DNA of 64,000 bases, from positions 46,004,001 through 46,068,000 of the forward strand of contig OZ296648.1 in NCBI GenBank assembly GCA_965655095.1, read 5' to 3'. The notes beneath the pieces were generated by a model that saw only the letters and a program-made list of their open reading frames with translations, made no database searches and was not told the DNA's origin. This DNA is from Haplodiscus bocki (lineage: Eukaryota). Position numbers and translations under genes: made by a program. Of this stretch, positions 13,482 to 24,164 are shown one piece after another; position 1 is the first letter of the stretch, and the number at the start of each line of letters is the position of its first letter.

Positions 13482-13753
13482 ATGATAATGTATACTCATT
13501 CAGAAATTTCAACAAAAACTCCACTAGCCAATTTTCTAATCAGTGGAAAAGTAAAACTAACATTAAAATTTTTTTCAAGTATACCAAATATAAACAGAAG
13601 TTTCTAGTTTTCATTCCCAATACCGATAATGCATTGACAATTTTTTGAATAATATCACAAAATTGAGAATATGTAAATTTTTTTTGTAATGATGGAAATA
13701 ATCCTTTTCATAGAGCTGGTAGGAAATGGTTTTTAGACAATCAATCACCCTAG
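13482..13753 (+). pseudogene. Small hypothetical gene, homologous to 31695-32178
   Basis: IPIMH*QFF*IISQN*EYVNFFCNDGNNPFHRAGRKW versus FLWRNFFLNIANKRDYVNNCCSRPLNSFDRHCHEW. Confidence 0.5.
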
Positions 13754-13870
13754 AAAGTCTATGAAAAACTGTACGTAGTTTTATAATAAAAAATTGTTAA
13801 AACTTCATACCAGTATAAAAACCCAAACTTTCAAGTTCAACTCATACGAATTAAAAACAAAACCAATACA

Positions 13871-14235
13871 CATGTGCATTGACATACCTATAGTAAACTG
13901 AAAGCCCATCGGGAGTCCGTTCCTCTAAGAGTTTCCACACCAAGGATCATCCTTTTCAAGAACTGTGCATTTGGTGATTATCCGCCTACGGCATGTAAGA
14001 TATAACAAAGACTGGGGATACGTAATAAGAAGTGAACCCCAACACTTCAGCTATGCCTTAACTTCGTCAATGCTATATCAACTAATCCATAGGAGACGGA
14101 ATAGGAAGAGAAAAACTAGTGTATATATACATGGAAAGTATTGTCAACAAAGCTAGCATGTATATTTTGTGTTTTGTCGACATATTTGGTAGTGGTGATT
14201 TTTTCAGCCTCGCTTACAATGTAAAAGTGCACGTG
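13871..14235 (+). ncRNA. Candidate structured non-coding RNA of element 1
   Basis: Closing helix CATGTGCATT/AGTGCACGTG, several nested helices and a possible pseudoknot. G-U pairs favour the + strand. T-run at 14241-14245. Confidence 0.4.
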
Positions 14236-14327
14236 CAATATTTTTGTTAGTTCTATGTTTATGTAATTGTAAATATTTATAGCGAAATTTTTCATGTGTT
14301 GTGGAGAAAAAATAAGTCAGTTAAAAC

Positions 14328-14556
14328 GTTTTTTCTCATTCCTGTGTACACCCATTGGTAAAACCATTTGAAAATTTTTTGCAAAATCGTTTTTTTATTC
14401 TTGTGTACACCTTTTGATAGAACTATTTAAAACTTTTCTGCAAAAATGATTTTTTTTATTCTTGTGTATCCCCATTGATAATTTTTTTTTAATTTTTGCG
14501 TCTGCGTCCTTTTAGCCGTACAACTTGGCCGTACAATTTGGCTGGACAACGTAGCT
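14328..14556. repeat. Subterminal repeats of element 1
   Basis: Three ~60-bp units containing ATTC(C/T)TGTGTA(C/T)(A/C)CC, then three 13-bp GCCGTACAA(C/T)TTG-like units. Confidence 0.8.
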
Positions 14557-14723
14557 GTTGAATTTAATGTGGCTCGCGCGGCTGGCCTCATTTTTTTGTT
14601 TATATACTACTACTATAATCTTCCGACAAAAGCCGTTATGCCTCTCATTCGTTCATCGAAATGTTTTCAAAACCCGATTTTATTACAACACCAAACGGCC
14701 GCCATACTATCGCGGGTTTACAG

Positions 14724-14890
14724 CCATAGTCAAACATGCTGACCATGCTATGACATGGTATGATTATGGTGATTCATACTCACCATGGTTTGATCATGGC
14801 AAGATCATGGCATGGTCATCTTGACAAATAGCATGATCATGGTATGGCCGTCATGGAAAATAGCCTTACCATGTCATGGTGACCATAGTC
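14724..14890. repeat. CATG-rich interspersed repeat
   Basis: Dense CATG/CCATGG/TGATCA palindromes; the same texture recurs at 15320-15413, 33513-33544 and 36810-37225. Confidence 0.6.
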
Positions 14891-15032
14891 AATTTTATAA
14901 CGTAATCCGAACGCTATTTATCCATCCAACTTTGTTAAATATTGCCCAGGTGGTATTCAGTTACTTTTTAAAGTGGAATGTAAAGAAAAATTTACCAACA
15001 GAATTTACCCGAACAGAATTTACCAAAAATGA

Positions 15033-15065
<33 letters not shown>
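15033..15065. repeat. (TC)n microsatellite
   Basis: Direct reading. Confidence 0.9.
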
Positions 15066-15413
15066 AAATTTCTAAATTACCAAAAATAAGAAAAACCTGT
15101 ATTATATGTTATATTGAAACCGTTTTCCAATAAGAACTTGCTGTTTGGTATTTACTGAAGAAAACTCTAAGATTACCTGGAGTATTTTTTGTTCAATTTT
15201 GCTCACTCGCCACCCGAATATCGTGAGTTCCTCTAAAGCCAGTCAATTGTGCTTTATAATGGTATATGACACGAACTATTTGAGAAACATGGATAAAGTC
15301 CCTTTTTTTAAAAAAAAAACATGCAAAACAGGATGATCATACCATGATTATGGTATGAATCATGGAAAACATAGTAATCATACCATGATCATGCCATGAA
15401 TCATGGCGACCAT

Positions 15414-15553
15414 AATAATATAGGATATTCCGGATAATACCAGTAGCTCCTCACTATCGCTCGTCCCACTGATATTATCCGACAAACTCCACGCTCGCTC
15501 GTCACTTCGTTCCTCGCAGGCTTCCTTCCAGTCAGCCTCTTGCTCATATTATT
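15414..15553 (+). repeat. Left TIR of element 2
   Basis: AATAATATAGGATATTCCGGATAATACCAGTAG...TTCCAGTCAGCCTCTTGCTCATATTATT matches the reverse complement of 33373-33512 with scattered mismatches. Confidence 0.95.
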
Positions 15554-15585
15554 GGCTGCACCACTTACTTATGGTGATTTTCAAA

Positions 15586-15960
15586 ATCTGTGATCTCCAT
15601 GTCCAGAGCTTTCCAACGACGCATCACATGTACGTCTATCTGAAAGTTTTATAACCTCTACAAGTTTAAAGTTTAGGGTTTGAGATGATGTAACTTTACC
15701 TGTGTACGTCCGATCAACCTGATATTCACCATCTGTGATCTCCTAGTCAAGAGCTTTCAAATGATTTATCACATGTACGTTTATCTCACATTTTGTAATC
15801 TCTACATGTTTAAGATGTAGGGTTTGAGAGGGCATAAATTCACGCGAGTACGTCCGATCAAACTGATATTCATCATCTGTGATCTCCTTGTCATGAGCTT
15901 TCCAATAATGTATCACAAAAACATTTGTTTTAAAATTTTATAATCTCTACATAGTTAAAG
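15586..15960. repeat. Subterminal tandem repeat, ~145-bp unit x2.6
   Basis: ATCTGTGATCTCC at 15586, 15731 and 15875. Confidence 0.9.
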
Positions 15961-16149
15961 TACGTTTCCAACCGTTCCTATAACATAGCACCCAGTACAA
16001 ATTCCATATTTTTCCACATTCATAAAACATGTGAAGATTACGAAATCAGTGAATTTTTGAGCTACAGAAAAGTATAAAAAACCATGAGAAAGGTCTTGAA
16101 CAATGCCAATCAATGAATATAATTTCGCAAACACCAACTGAAACCTTAC

Positions 16150-16405
16150 TTTTGAAAAACCCAAAAAACCCTAAAAATAACCCTGAAGCTTAGTATGTCA
16201 ATGGAAAATTTTTTGATAAATTTGACAAATTATATATCGTTGAAAAGGTCTTCAAAAGTTCTTTTCAATGAAAATATTTTGGAGATCGTTGACTGAAACC
16301 ATACCATCAGAAATACCCAAAAACCCTGAAATTAACCCCGAAACTTTGTATGTCAATAAAAAATTTTGAATAATCTAGGAGTGTTATATATTGTTGAAAA
16401 GGTAA
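16150..16405. repeat. Subterminal direct repeat, ~155-bp period x2
   Basis: AAACCCT.AAA.TAACCC.GAA.CTT.GTATGTCAAT...TTATATAT.GTTGAAAAGGT at ~16166 and 16321. Confidence 0.8.
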
Positions 16406-16481
16406 GTAAATGTAGAACTCGAAAGTGATATTTTCGAATACATCAATTGGTCCTTATACATTTAAAAGTTAACAAATGTGT

Positions 16482-19400
16482 TTAAACGATTATATACTTA
16501 GGAAGCATATGACCAAACTCGCTTGGAGGTTCCCGTTTTAATTCAATTAGATTAGTTGAGAATTCCTTCTTCAGGTTGACTAGTTTATCACAATTATCAC
16601 ATAGAATATCTTTTTCACAATCAATACAATCTTTCATTTTTTGTAGAAATACAACTCCTTCACTAAATGATTTTTTCGAACTTAAAGGTACTTTAGCATT
16701 TAATTTATCACCATCTGCCATATTAAAACATTCTTTTCTATCTATTTTTTCACTAACAGAAGTGAAGCTTTTGAAGGTTTTGTGCTCGCCGATAACACCA
16801 AACATTTTCAGTTAAACAATATTTTTCCGGAGCTGGAAATAACCCACACCAAATGCCTCCTTGTCCATAATCGTTTTTACCTTGTAATCTATTCACACCA
16901 ACTAGTCCAGCCTTCTCTAATTTATCCCAATTTTTGTTTTCAATGTACAATGGGTCAGAATCTGTATAATAAACATCATTAGTATAAAATCCAACAACCG
17001 CGTGCACAAAATCGGTCATTTTTCGTTTACTGTTTGATAAAACGAAAGCACCTAGGTGAAGAGGCATGGTGTTCACTTTCTTAACTTCATCTTGTAAGCC
17101 TTCATCATCTTTCATTTTCACGATATAATTTCCAAAAATAGTTTTCTGAAAATCTAAAACGCGTTCATCATATTCAGTCATCATCCAATAATCAGATTTT
17201 CATCGGTAACTTTCTTCAATGCCTTTACGTATTTGCTCACCGTGTAAAGAATTCATAATTAATTTAACTAACAACTGCATAAAATCAATTTTTTCATCTT
17301 TTTGTTTTTGTCGTAGTTCAAAAAATTTATCAATTACTTGTTTAAAAGGAGATACTTTAAAATTTTCTCAAAAAGTAACGACTTCATAAATTCCTATTAC
17401 TTCTCCACCAATTTTAACAATTTTCTGGATATCAACGGATGTTAAAGTATCAATAATATAACCTTTGCGCATGGGGTTAATTTCCATTTTCTTTACTCGT
17501 TCTACAACTGGAATATGTTGAACGATAAGATTTTTAGGATTATAATACTTAATTGTTGAAACTGCACTTCCTTGAGTGAAAGTTGGATTATTGAATTTGT
17601 TAACGAGGTCATCATTCATATCTTTCGTGTAAGCATAACCAGTTTCTTTTTGCCATCGCTTTGCAATATCTCGCTTAAGAGAAAGCAGTACAGAGAACGT
17701 CATTTTTAACATAAACTAACCATTCATCTTTTTATCCTTATAATCATTATAATCAATTTCATCATGATTCATTTCGGTTTCTAATGATTCTTTTTGTAGT
17801 TTAAAAGTTCTTCCTAATTTCTTTAAGGAATAATTTAAATGAGTCATACCACATCTAAAATGGAAATGTTGAGGAATTTGTTTTTTTTTCAATATAACCA
17901 TTAAAAACTTTTCTTTCAGTAATACCCTTGCCGTTTTTATCACGCGAAAAGCGGGATANNNNNNNNNNNNNNNNNNNNNNNNNNNNNNNNNNNNNNNNNN
18001 NNNNNNNNNNNNNNNNNNNNNNNNNNNNNNNNNNNNNNNNNNNNNNNNNNNNNNNNNNNNNNNNNNNNNNNNNNNNNNNNNNNNNNNNNNNNNNNNNNNN
18101 NNNNNNTAATTACTGTTCAGATTTTGATGAAAATTGGTGAGTAGGGAGGCAATGATCATATGAAGACCGAGTTCAAAGTTGGGCGTGATCCGGATTGAAA
18201 TCCGGATCTGAGATCCGGATCAATGTTTCTCATAAACTACAGGTCGGATTTTGTTAGTGGGAAGATATAGCCAGTCATTCAGTGCAGTAGTGGTTCATAA
18301 TTAAATAAAACTTATTCCAACGATGACTTCCGCAAGGTTGGACGAGTGGTATATATGCGAGTCTCGGGAGCTGGAGATTGCGGGTTCGATCATCGGTGAC
18401 AACAGATAATTTTTCATTTTTGTATTTTGTTACTGTTCTGATCCGCGGGACAATTACAAAAATTTCGTGGTCACCGGGGATTCAACACAGAATCTTCATC
18501 TCCGGAGTCTCCCGTCTGAACCACTGCTATACACTGCCACAACATGACCAGAGAAATGGTCGTTTATAAATCTGTGTGGACGCAAAGACATAAAAAGGAT
18601 CAGCAATCTGAAATATCAACGACTGGGTTACAATCCAGTATATCGGCGGGTCCAAGGGCTTTCGCGGGATCTGCCCTCTCCGAGTCCCATTTTTTGCCTT
18701 GTTTATTATATTAACAATTCTTTTATCACAAGACAAATTATTCAAAACAATCCAGGTATCAAAACCAGATCCGTTGTCAGCATGAAGTTGTAAATTTTAT
18801 TCAAGAATTTTTTTTATTATCTTTACGTTCTTTTCCTTTAAGTTTCAAACAGAAATCTAAAGATTTTTCAAAACATTTATCAACATCAAAGACAATAGTG
18901 TCCTTTTTACATTTCTGTTTTTCATCTTGTGTTAAATTACGATTATATCTACCAGCTAGTTTACTTAATCGGTAAAAACAAAATACATGTTGTCCAGCCC
19001 TATCTGCTTTATGAGTTTCAAGATCGTAAACGACAAAATTAGTCAAATGTGATTCAATTTTTTTAGGAGTGTATATATATTCAAAATGAGATTTAACGTT
19101 TTCTTCCGTTATAAAATTATCAACTTTTTTAAAACTATATTTCAATTCTTTGATAGCTTGATTAAATTTAACACCTTCTGATTTCCATATTAAACAAGAA
19201 TGATTATTGTATGAAAATAAACCAATCTTTGTTTCTGTAGCTGATTATGAAAAGATTCTTTCACCATCATAATATGCTAAATTCAAATTGTTGGCTCTAC
19301 AAAAAGGTTGAATTCCAGCTTTAGTCTTTATATTTGATCGTCTTTTTTCATTTCGGATGAAGTCTAAATATTGTTCTTTATAATCTTCACCTGTTAAGAA

Positions 19401-19986
19401 ATTAATATATTCAACGAAACAATAGCCTTTAGTTGGTATAAAACAATTATTACCTCGATATTGAATAAATTCATATTTGAAGTCACAAACATTGCCGTAT
19501 TGACTTTTGTTTACTTTATTAAATTGAGGAGTTTTGATTATGTAAAAATAACCATTAAAATTAGCATCTTCCGCATCATAACTTTCATCAATTGCGTTAA
19601 TATAAGATTCATAATCATCAATATTGGTAAATCTAATATGAGTTTGTCGAATTTGATCACAAACTTTTAAACAACCAACCATTTCGAATTCACCAGTATA
19701 GTCTAACAATACTTCTTGTTTAATTTCATGCAAATTTTCATCAAAAACTTCTATTTTATTTACTTCTCCTAAAACACTTTCTTATTTAAGGGATTGTTAG
19801 CGTATTTAATTCTAATTAATAGATTTTCTACTTGTTTAGTTTTATCAATATTTTCAATTTTCTTTTTTTTTCAGATTTAATTTTGTTTAATAACAATTTC
19901 TGAGTATCAGCCATTTTAATTTTTCGTTCAGTTCTTCTTTTTCTACTTCTCGTTAATTTATTATTCTCGTTTTTCATTAATATCAT
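16482..19986 (-). pseudogene. Protein-primed family B DNA polymerase of a different clade from element 1 (interrupted, internally deleted)
   Basis: VVYDLET (ExoI), LHADNGSGFD (ExoII), SLKKLGRTF, YVKNDV (ExoIII), KLIMNSLHG (motif B), PLHLGAFVLSNSKR, YYTDSD (motif C), GKNDYG. Confidence 0.9.
17939..18703 (-). mobile_element. Non-autonomous DINE-1/HINE (Helentron-type) element, copy A, inside pPolB (contains an N gap)
   Basis: Reverse complement of 21744-22416. AACAAG end, subterminal inverted repeat ATC(C/A)CGCGAAA. Inserted in a T-run with no TSD; removing it restores NIIKNGKG. Confidence 0.75.
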
Positions 19987-20036
19987 TTATATAGCAAGAA
20001 ATATTTGAAATTTTTTTTATCAGATCTCAAATTTCT

Positions 20037-21350
20037 CTACCTCAAAAATGTGTCACGAGGGTTATGATTAGGTATAAAAAAATCATTAAATTTAATATAA
20101 ACATTTTCATACTGATTACCTACAATTTCTTTTTCATGTCTATTTTTAATAACAGTATAATATAAATCATAATAATTAATATTCATACTCCTAACTTCAG
20201 GCTTAGTTTGTAGATATTTCATTACCATCAATACTTCATGGTTAATTTTACTAGTTCCTTGAACGTTTTTAGCAAAAGTATCTCCATCCATCCTAATATT
20301 CATATTATCATAATATTTACTTATAATTTTATGAAATTTCAATTTTGTTTCTCCTTTTAATTCTCGTAATTTATTACTCATATCTTCTGTTGAATTATAT
20401 GTTGTGTTAACCACAGAATAAAATTTTTTTATTATCTATTTATTAGCTAATGGTAGTCTAGTAGAAAAATTATGATCTTGTCCGAGAACTTTTATATCAA
20501 ATTGATGTTTTAGTTTGTTAACAATCTATTCACAATTACAGAAAAAAGTAGCCTTTATCAAACTCTAAAAAATTGTTTTGTTTACAAGTAGGACAATTAG
20601 ATGGCCTAAATTAGGTTGTTGATAACTTGATTGTTTCTTTTTAGGATAATGTTTAACTTCTAATTTTCCTTTATTTTCAACTACTTTTTGCTTTCTCCTT
20701 ATCCGAGTCTCATTTTGAACTTGATATTGAGTTCTCAAAGGAGTTGGAGGATCTCTTTTTCGTAATATTATTTTTTCAGGAGGATGAATTCTATATAGAG
20801 GATCTTTTACTTCAACTTAATATTCTCCATTAAAATATTTCATTATTTAAAACTGTCAAAACACTAGACATTAAATCAAAGTAATTCAAATTAGCATAAT
20901 AAGACCTATAATATTAAATTAACCATTTCATTAATGTAATATATAATGTCCGATTTTGTAAACACCACTCGCTGTTCTTGAATAATAATTTTGTTCAAAA
21001 TCAGGATTTTCTAACATAACTTTATGTTTCTCCATCAAGATTTTGGTTATTTTTAATTTTTTATTTTTTAGTATTGGTAAAACTTCATATATTGTATTAT
21101 AATCATTACCTTCATACTATTGATGTACTTCTATGCAAATACAAATAAATTTTTACTCAGCATATTTTAATCGATTGATAAAATTAATTTTTTTCAGTTG
21201 TATTTTAGAGAGCCCTTGTTTTCTTTTGGTAAGTTGAAACCACACGAAAAACAAGTGAACACGTATTAGTATGGAAGAAGAGTATTTCGATTGCAGGGTT
21301 GACAACTTTTTCCATTTTTCTCAAATATTTCATTTTTAGTTAATTCCATT
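20037..21350 (-). pseudogene. Two conserved hypothetical Polinton genes
   Basis: Homologous and collinear with 8433-9740(+). Confidence 0.65.
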
Positions 21351-21359
21351 TGTTGTTTA

Positions 21360-22888
21360 TTATAATATTGAATTAAATTTAGTTTTTTCATAACTTTATT
21401 ATTTTCTCCTCAGGATAATATTTTTGGTAGCAATAGGTTTTCATTACATCTCTCGGTTAAATAGTCAATTCTATATGATGGTATGCGGTCAAGTATGATT
21501 TCTGTTATTGTGTATAATTTATAGCTGTAATGTGTACTGTCTCCTCTGCTAAAGACTTTCTTAATATCAACTGTACGAACTAATTGTCCCAGTTTAAAAT
21601 TTGGTTTTCCAATTTCTCTATTGTTTTTGGGATTTGAATAGACTTCTTTTTCATTTGATTTTTTAAAAGCCTGAAAATGAGTCTTTTTAATACTATGGTG
21701 AAGTGAATTATTATATTTCTTAAAGACAAATGGTAGTTCTATTAACAAAGAAGCCAAAAAATGGCACTCTGAGAGCGCAGATCCCGCGAAAACCCTTAGA
21801 ACCTCCGATATCCTGGATAGTAACCCAGTCGTTGCTATTTCAGATTGCTGATCCTTTTTATGTCTTTGCGTCCACACAGATTTATAAACGACCATTTCTC
21901 TGGTCATGTTGTGGCAGTGTATAGCAGTGGTTCAGACGGGAGACTCCGGAGATGAAGATTCTGTGTTGAATCCCCGGTGACCACGAAATTTTTGTAATTG
22001 TCCCGCGGATCAGAACAGTAACAAAATACAAAATTGAAAAATTATCTGTTGTCACCGATGATCGAACCCGCAATCTCCATCTCCCGAGACTCGCATATAT
22101 ACCACTCGTCCAACCTTGCGGAAGTCATCGTCGGAATAAGTTTTATTTATTTATGAACCACTACTGCACTGAATGACTGGCTATATCTTCCCACTAACAA
22201 AATCCGACCTGTAGTTTATGAGAAACATTGATCCGGATCTCAGATCCGGATTTCAATCCGGATCACGCCCAACTTTGAACTCGGTCTTCATATGATCATT
22301 GCCTCCCTACTCACCAACTTTCATCAAAATCCGACCAGTAGTTTATGACGAATCCTGCTAACAAACAAGCAAACAAACACACGAAGGCGATTGCAAACTC
22401 CCGATTTTTGCGGGATAATTAGCGTATCCTTTTTCAAACACTGTTTTTTTTGGTAAATTACGTACAGTTTTGATAACTCGTTCAGCAATTGAAGGACTTT
22501 ATCTGTGAATTGTGAAAAATGTTGTGTATATTTAGTTTTGGAAAATTTTGAAATATAATATTATAAAATTCAGTACCTCTATCAGAATCCATTTTGATAG
22601 GCTTTCGTTTTGATGTTGTTAAAATATTTGAAAATTCATTTGTGATAGTTTGACTATATTTATTTTTAAGTGGTATACACCAGAGAAATTTTGAGAAATT
22701 ATCGATTATAGTAAGTATGTATCTAAATCTTGTGTTATTTGAAATTTTATAATCCGAGAAATCTGCTAAATCAATACCCAGATTTCATCAATATGATTAA
22801 ATAAGGTTTTATTAGTTTTAAAATTTCTCTTAGGTGGTTTAGAAAATATCTCATCAATGAACGTTCTCGTTAAATCATTCTTGATCAT
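21360..22888 (-). pseudogene. rve integrase, interrupted by HINE copy B
   Basis: FIDEIFSKPP, HIDEIW, IIDNFSK, IAERVIKTV, YNNSLHHSIKKT, FKLGQLVRT, FSRGD. Confidence 0.9.
21744..22416 (+). mobile_element. Non-autonomous DINE-1/HINE-like element, copy B (673 bp)
   Basis: Starts AACAAAG with stem-loops GCCA-AAAAA-TGGC and CTCT-G-AGAG. subTIR ATCCCGCGAAAA (21781) pairs with TTTTTGCGGGAT (22405-22416). (ACAA)n microsatellite near the end. No TSD. Confidence 0.75.
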
Positions 22889-23452
22889 TTAATTAGATAA
22901 ATTGATACGCCTTTATGAATTCTAATTGATAATCTGAAAAAATAAATTCCGTAACCTTTTGCAGATGAGCATTTTTTAATGAGGGCTGAGTATTTTTCCA
23001 ATGGAATGCTTCCTTCAATTCGTCATTTTAGATACATCAAATAAACAAAAAGGCTTGACGAGGTCAGTTTCTGTGTTATCCCTTGTCATATCAGGTGACA
23101 TTTGCCATATCCACTTTTTACAAGTCTCAATATTAATACCTAAATTTTCTTTCGTTGAAGAAGGTTTTGATGTTCTTTTTAGAGCTTTTGAAATTCGACT
23201 TCTTGTTTTACGAATTAATTGAAAATTATTATCTGTTTAATGTCAATTCTTTTTTTAATCGTTAATTATTTCCTTGTTTTGTTAAGAATACATTTTCATT
23301 TTTCCTTTCTTTTCAGATTTATATACCCTTTGTTTAATTTTTGCTCACTGTGCACATTCGTTTTTCAATTTTTGATTGATGTTTCTAAAATAAAAGTCTG
23401 TTAATATTTTTAAAACTCTACAATCAGAGCATTTCTTCATCAAATCATCCAT
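22870..23452 (-). pseudogene. EndoVII/HNH-like nuclease with N-terminal Zn ribbon
   Basis: MDDLMKKCSDC..., RSRISKALK, DNTETDLVKPFCLFDV, AFHWKNTQP. Orthologous to 3874-4477. Confidence 0.65.
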
Positions 23453-23483
23453 TTTAATTTATAAACTTTATTTGAAATAATTT

Positions 23484-23910
23484 CACATTACTTTTAATCT
23501 CAAACCACGTCAGTGCATGTCAGTGAGACTCCAAATTTTTCGTCCAGATATACTTTTCAATATATTAGTTGTTGCTGCTCCAACTTGAGGATTTTTAGAT
23601 TTTGCTCCGACGGCCATACCAATTACCGGTGCCAGAGTGTCGATTGTTGGTTTTAAAACTTTATTCCAAGCTCATTGAGATCCCTTGAATATCTTTTTCA
23701 TAGTATTTTTAAGCCCATTAACTTCTAATTGAAATTGTCTAGGACTAAAGTTTTTTGCTTTTGGCAATTACATTTAAGATTATGGCACATATCATGTAAC
23801 TTCAACACAGTACATTTTTTATTCAAATTACACCATGTTGAATTACTCATATCTGATCGATGTCCGCGTTCGCATTTTGCACTTCTCACAAAATCTTCTG
23901 CTTTAGTCAT
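23484..23910 (-). pseudogene. Putative core protein
   Basis: KLHDMCHNLKCNCQKQ...AWNKVLKPTIDTLAPVIGMAVGAKSKNPQVG...SLTDMH*RGLRL. Confidence 0.55.
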
Positions 23911-24069
23911 TTACTTAGAGAAAATTTGGTTTTTAATACGACCGCAATTACTACAAGTTCCTTTGATAATTTTTACAACTTTTTTAATCTTATGGCTTTT
24001 CTTTTCATATTGATTTATACTATTAGTGTTACTATGATGTCTTCCACCAACACACCAAGTCTTTGTCAT
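23911..24069 (-). CDS. Small Zn-ribbon protein (52 aa)
   Basis: MTKTWCVGGRH...IKGTCSNCGRIKNQIFSK. Decayed homologues near 3240-3411 and 6366-6534. Confidence 0.6.
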   Translation of the reverse strand: MTKTWCVGGRHHSNTNSINQYEKKSHKIKKVVKIIKGTCSNCGRIKNQIFSK

Positions 24070-24164
24070 TTTTTGACTAAAAATCATATTCAGGAGGAAC
24101 ACTCGGTTGATACTTAGTATTGTTTTTCTTTTTAGGTTAAAAAATTTAAATTTAATATTCGTAT

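Larger units (their letters stand above)
1..14614 (+). mobile_element. Polinton/Maverick element 1 (5' part outside the window, degenerate)
   Basis: Co-oriented remnants of MCP, adenain-type protease, rve integrase and pPolB. Ends in TATATACTACTACT, the reverse complement of the canonical 5'-AGTAGTAGT Polinton terminus. ATAATC (14615-14620) is the expected TSD half. Confidence 0.9.

Noticed and set aside
13880-14220. Group I intron, hammerhead or RNase P/MRP identity for the structured segment
   Set aside because: Only partial word matches (AAGATATA, GAAAGCCC, CTGAAG); the required core pairings could not be assembled.
14328-14556. CRISPR-like reading of the short repeats (also 33257-33356 and 62939-63010)
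   Set aside because: Degenerate tandem units without unique spacers, no cas genes, eukaryotic context.
17716-18159. ORFs reading through N runs (also 41379-41677)
   Set aside because: Artefacts of gap translation.
21410-21907. 165-aa ORF as a novel fusion protein (also 18527-18745)
   Set aside because: Chance read-through between the HINE insertion and the integrase or pPolB frame.
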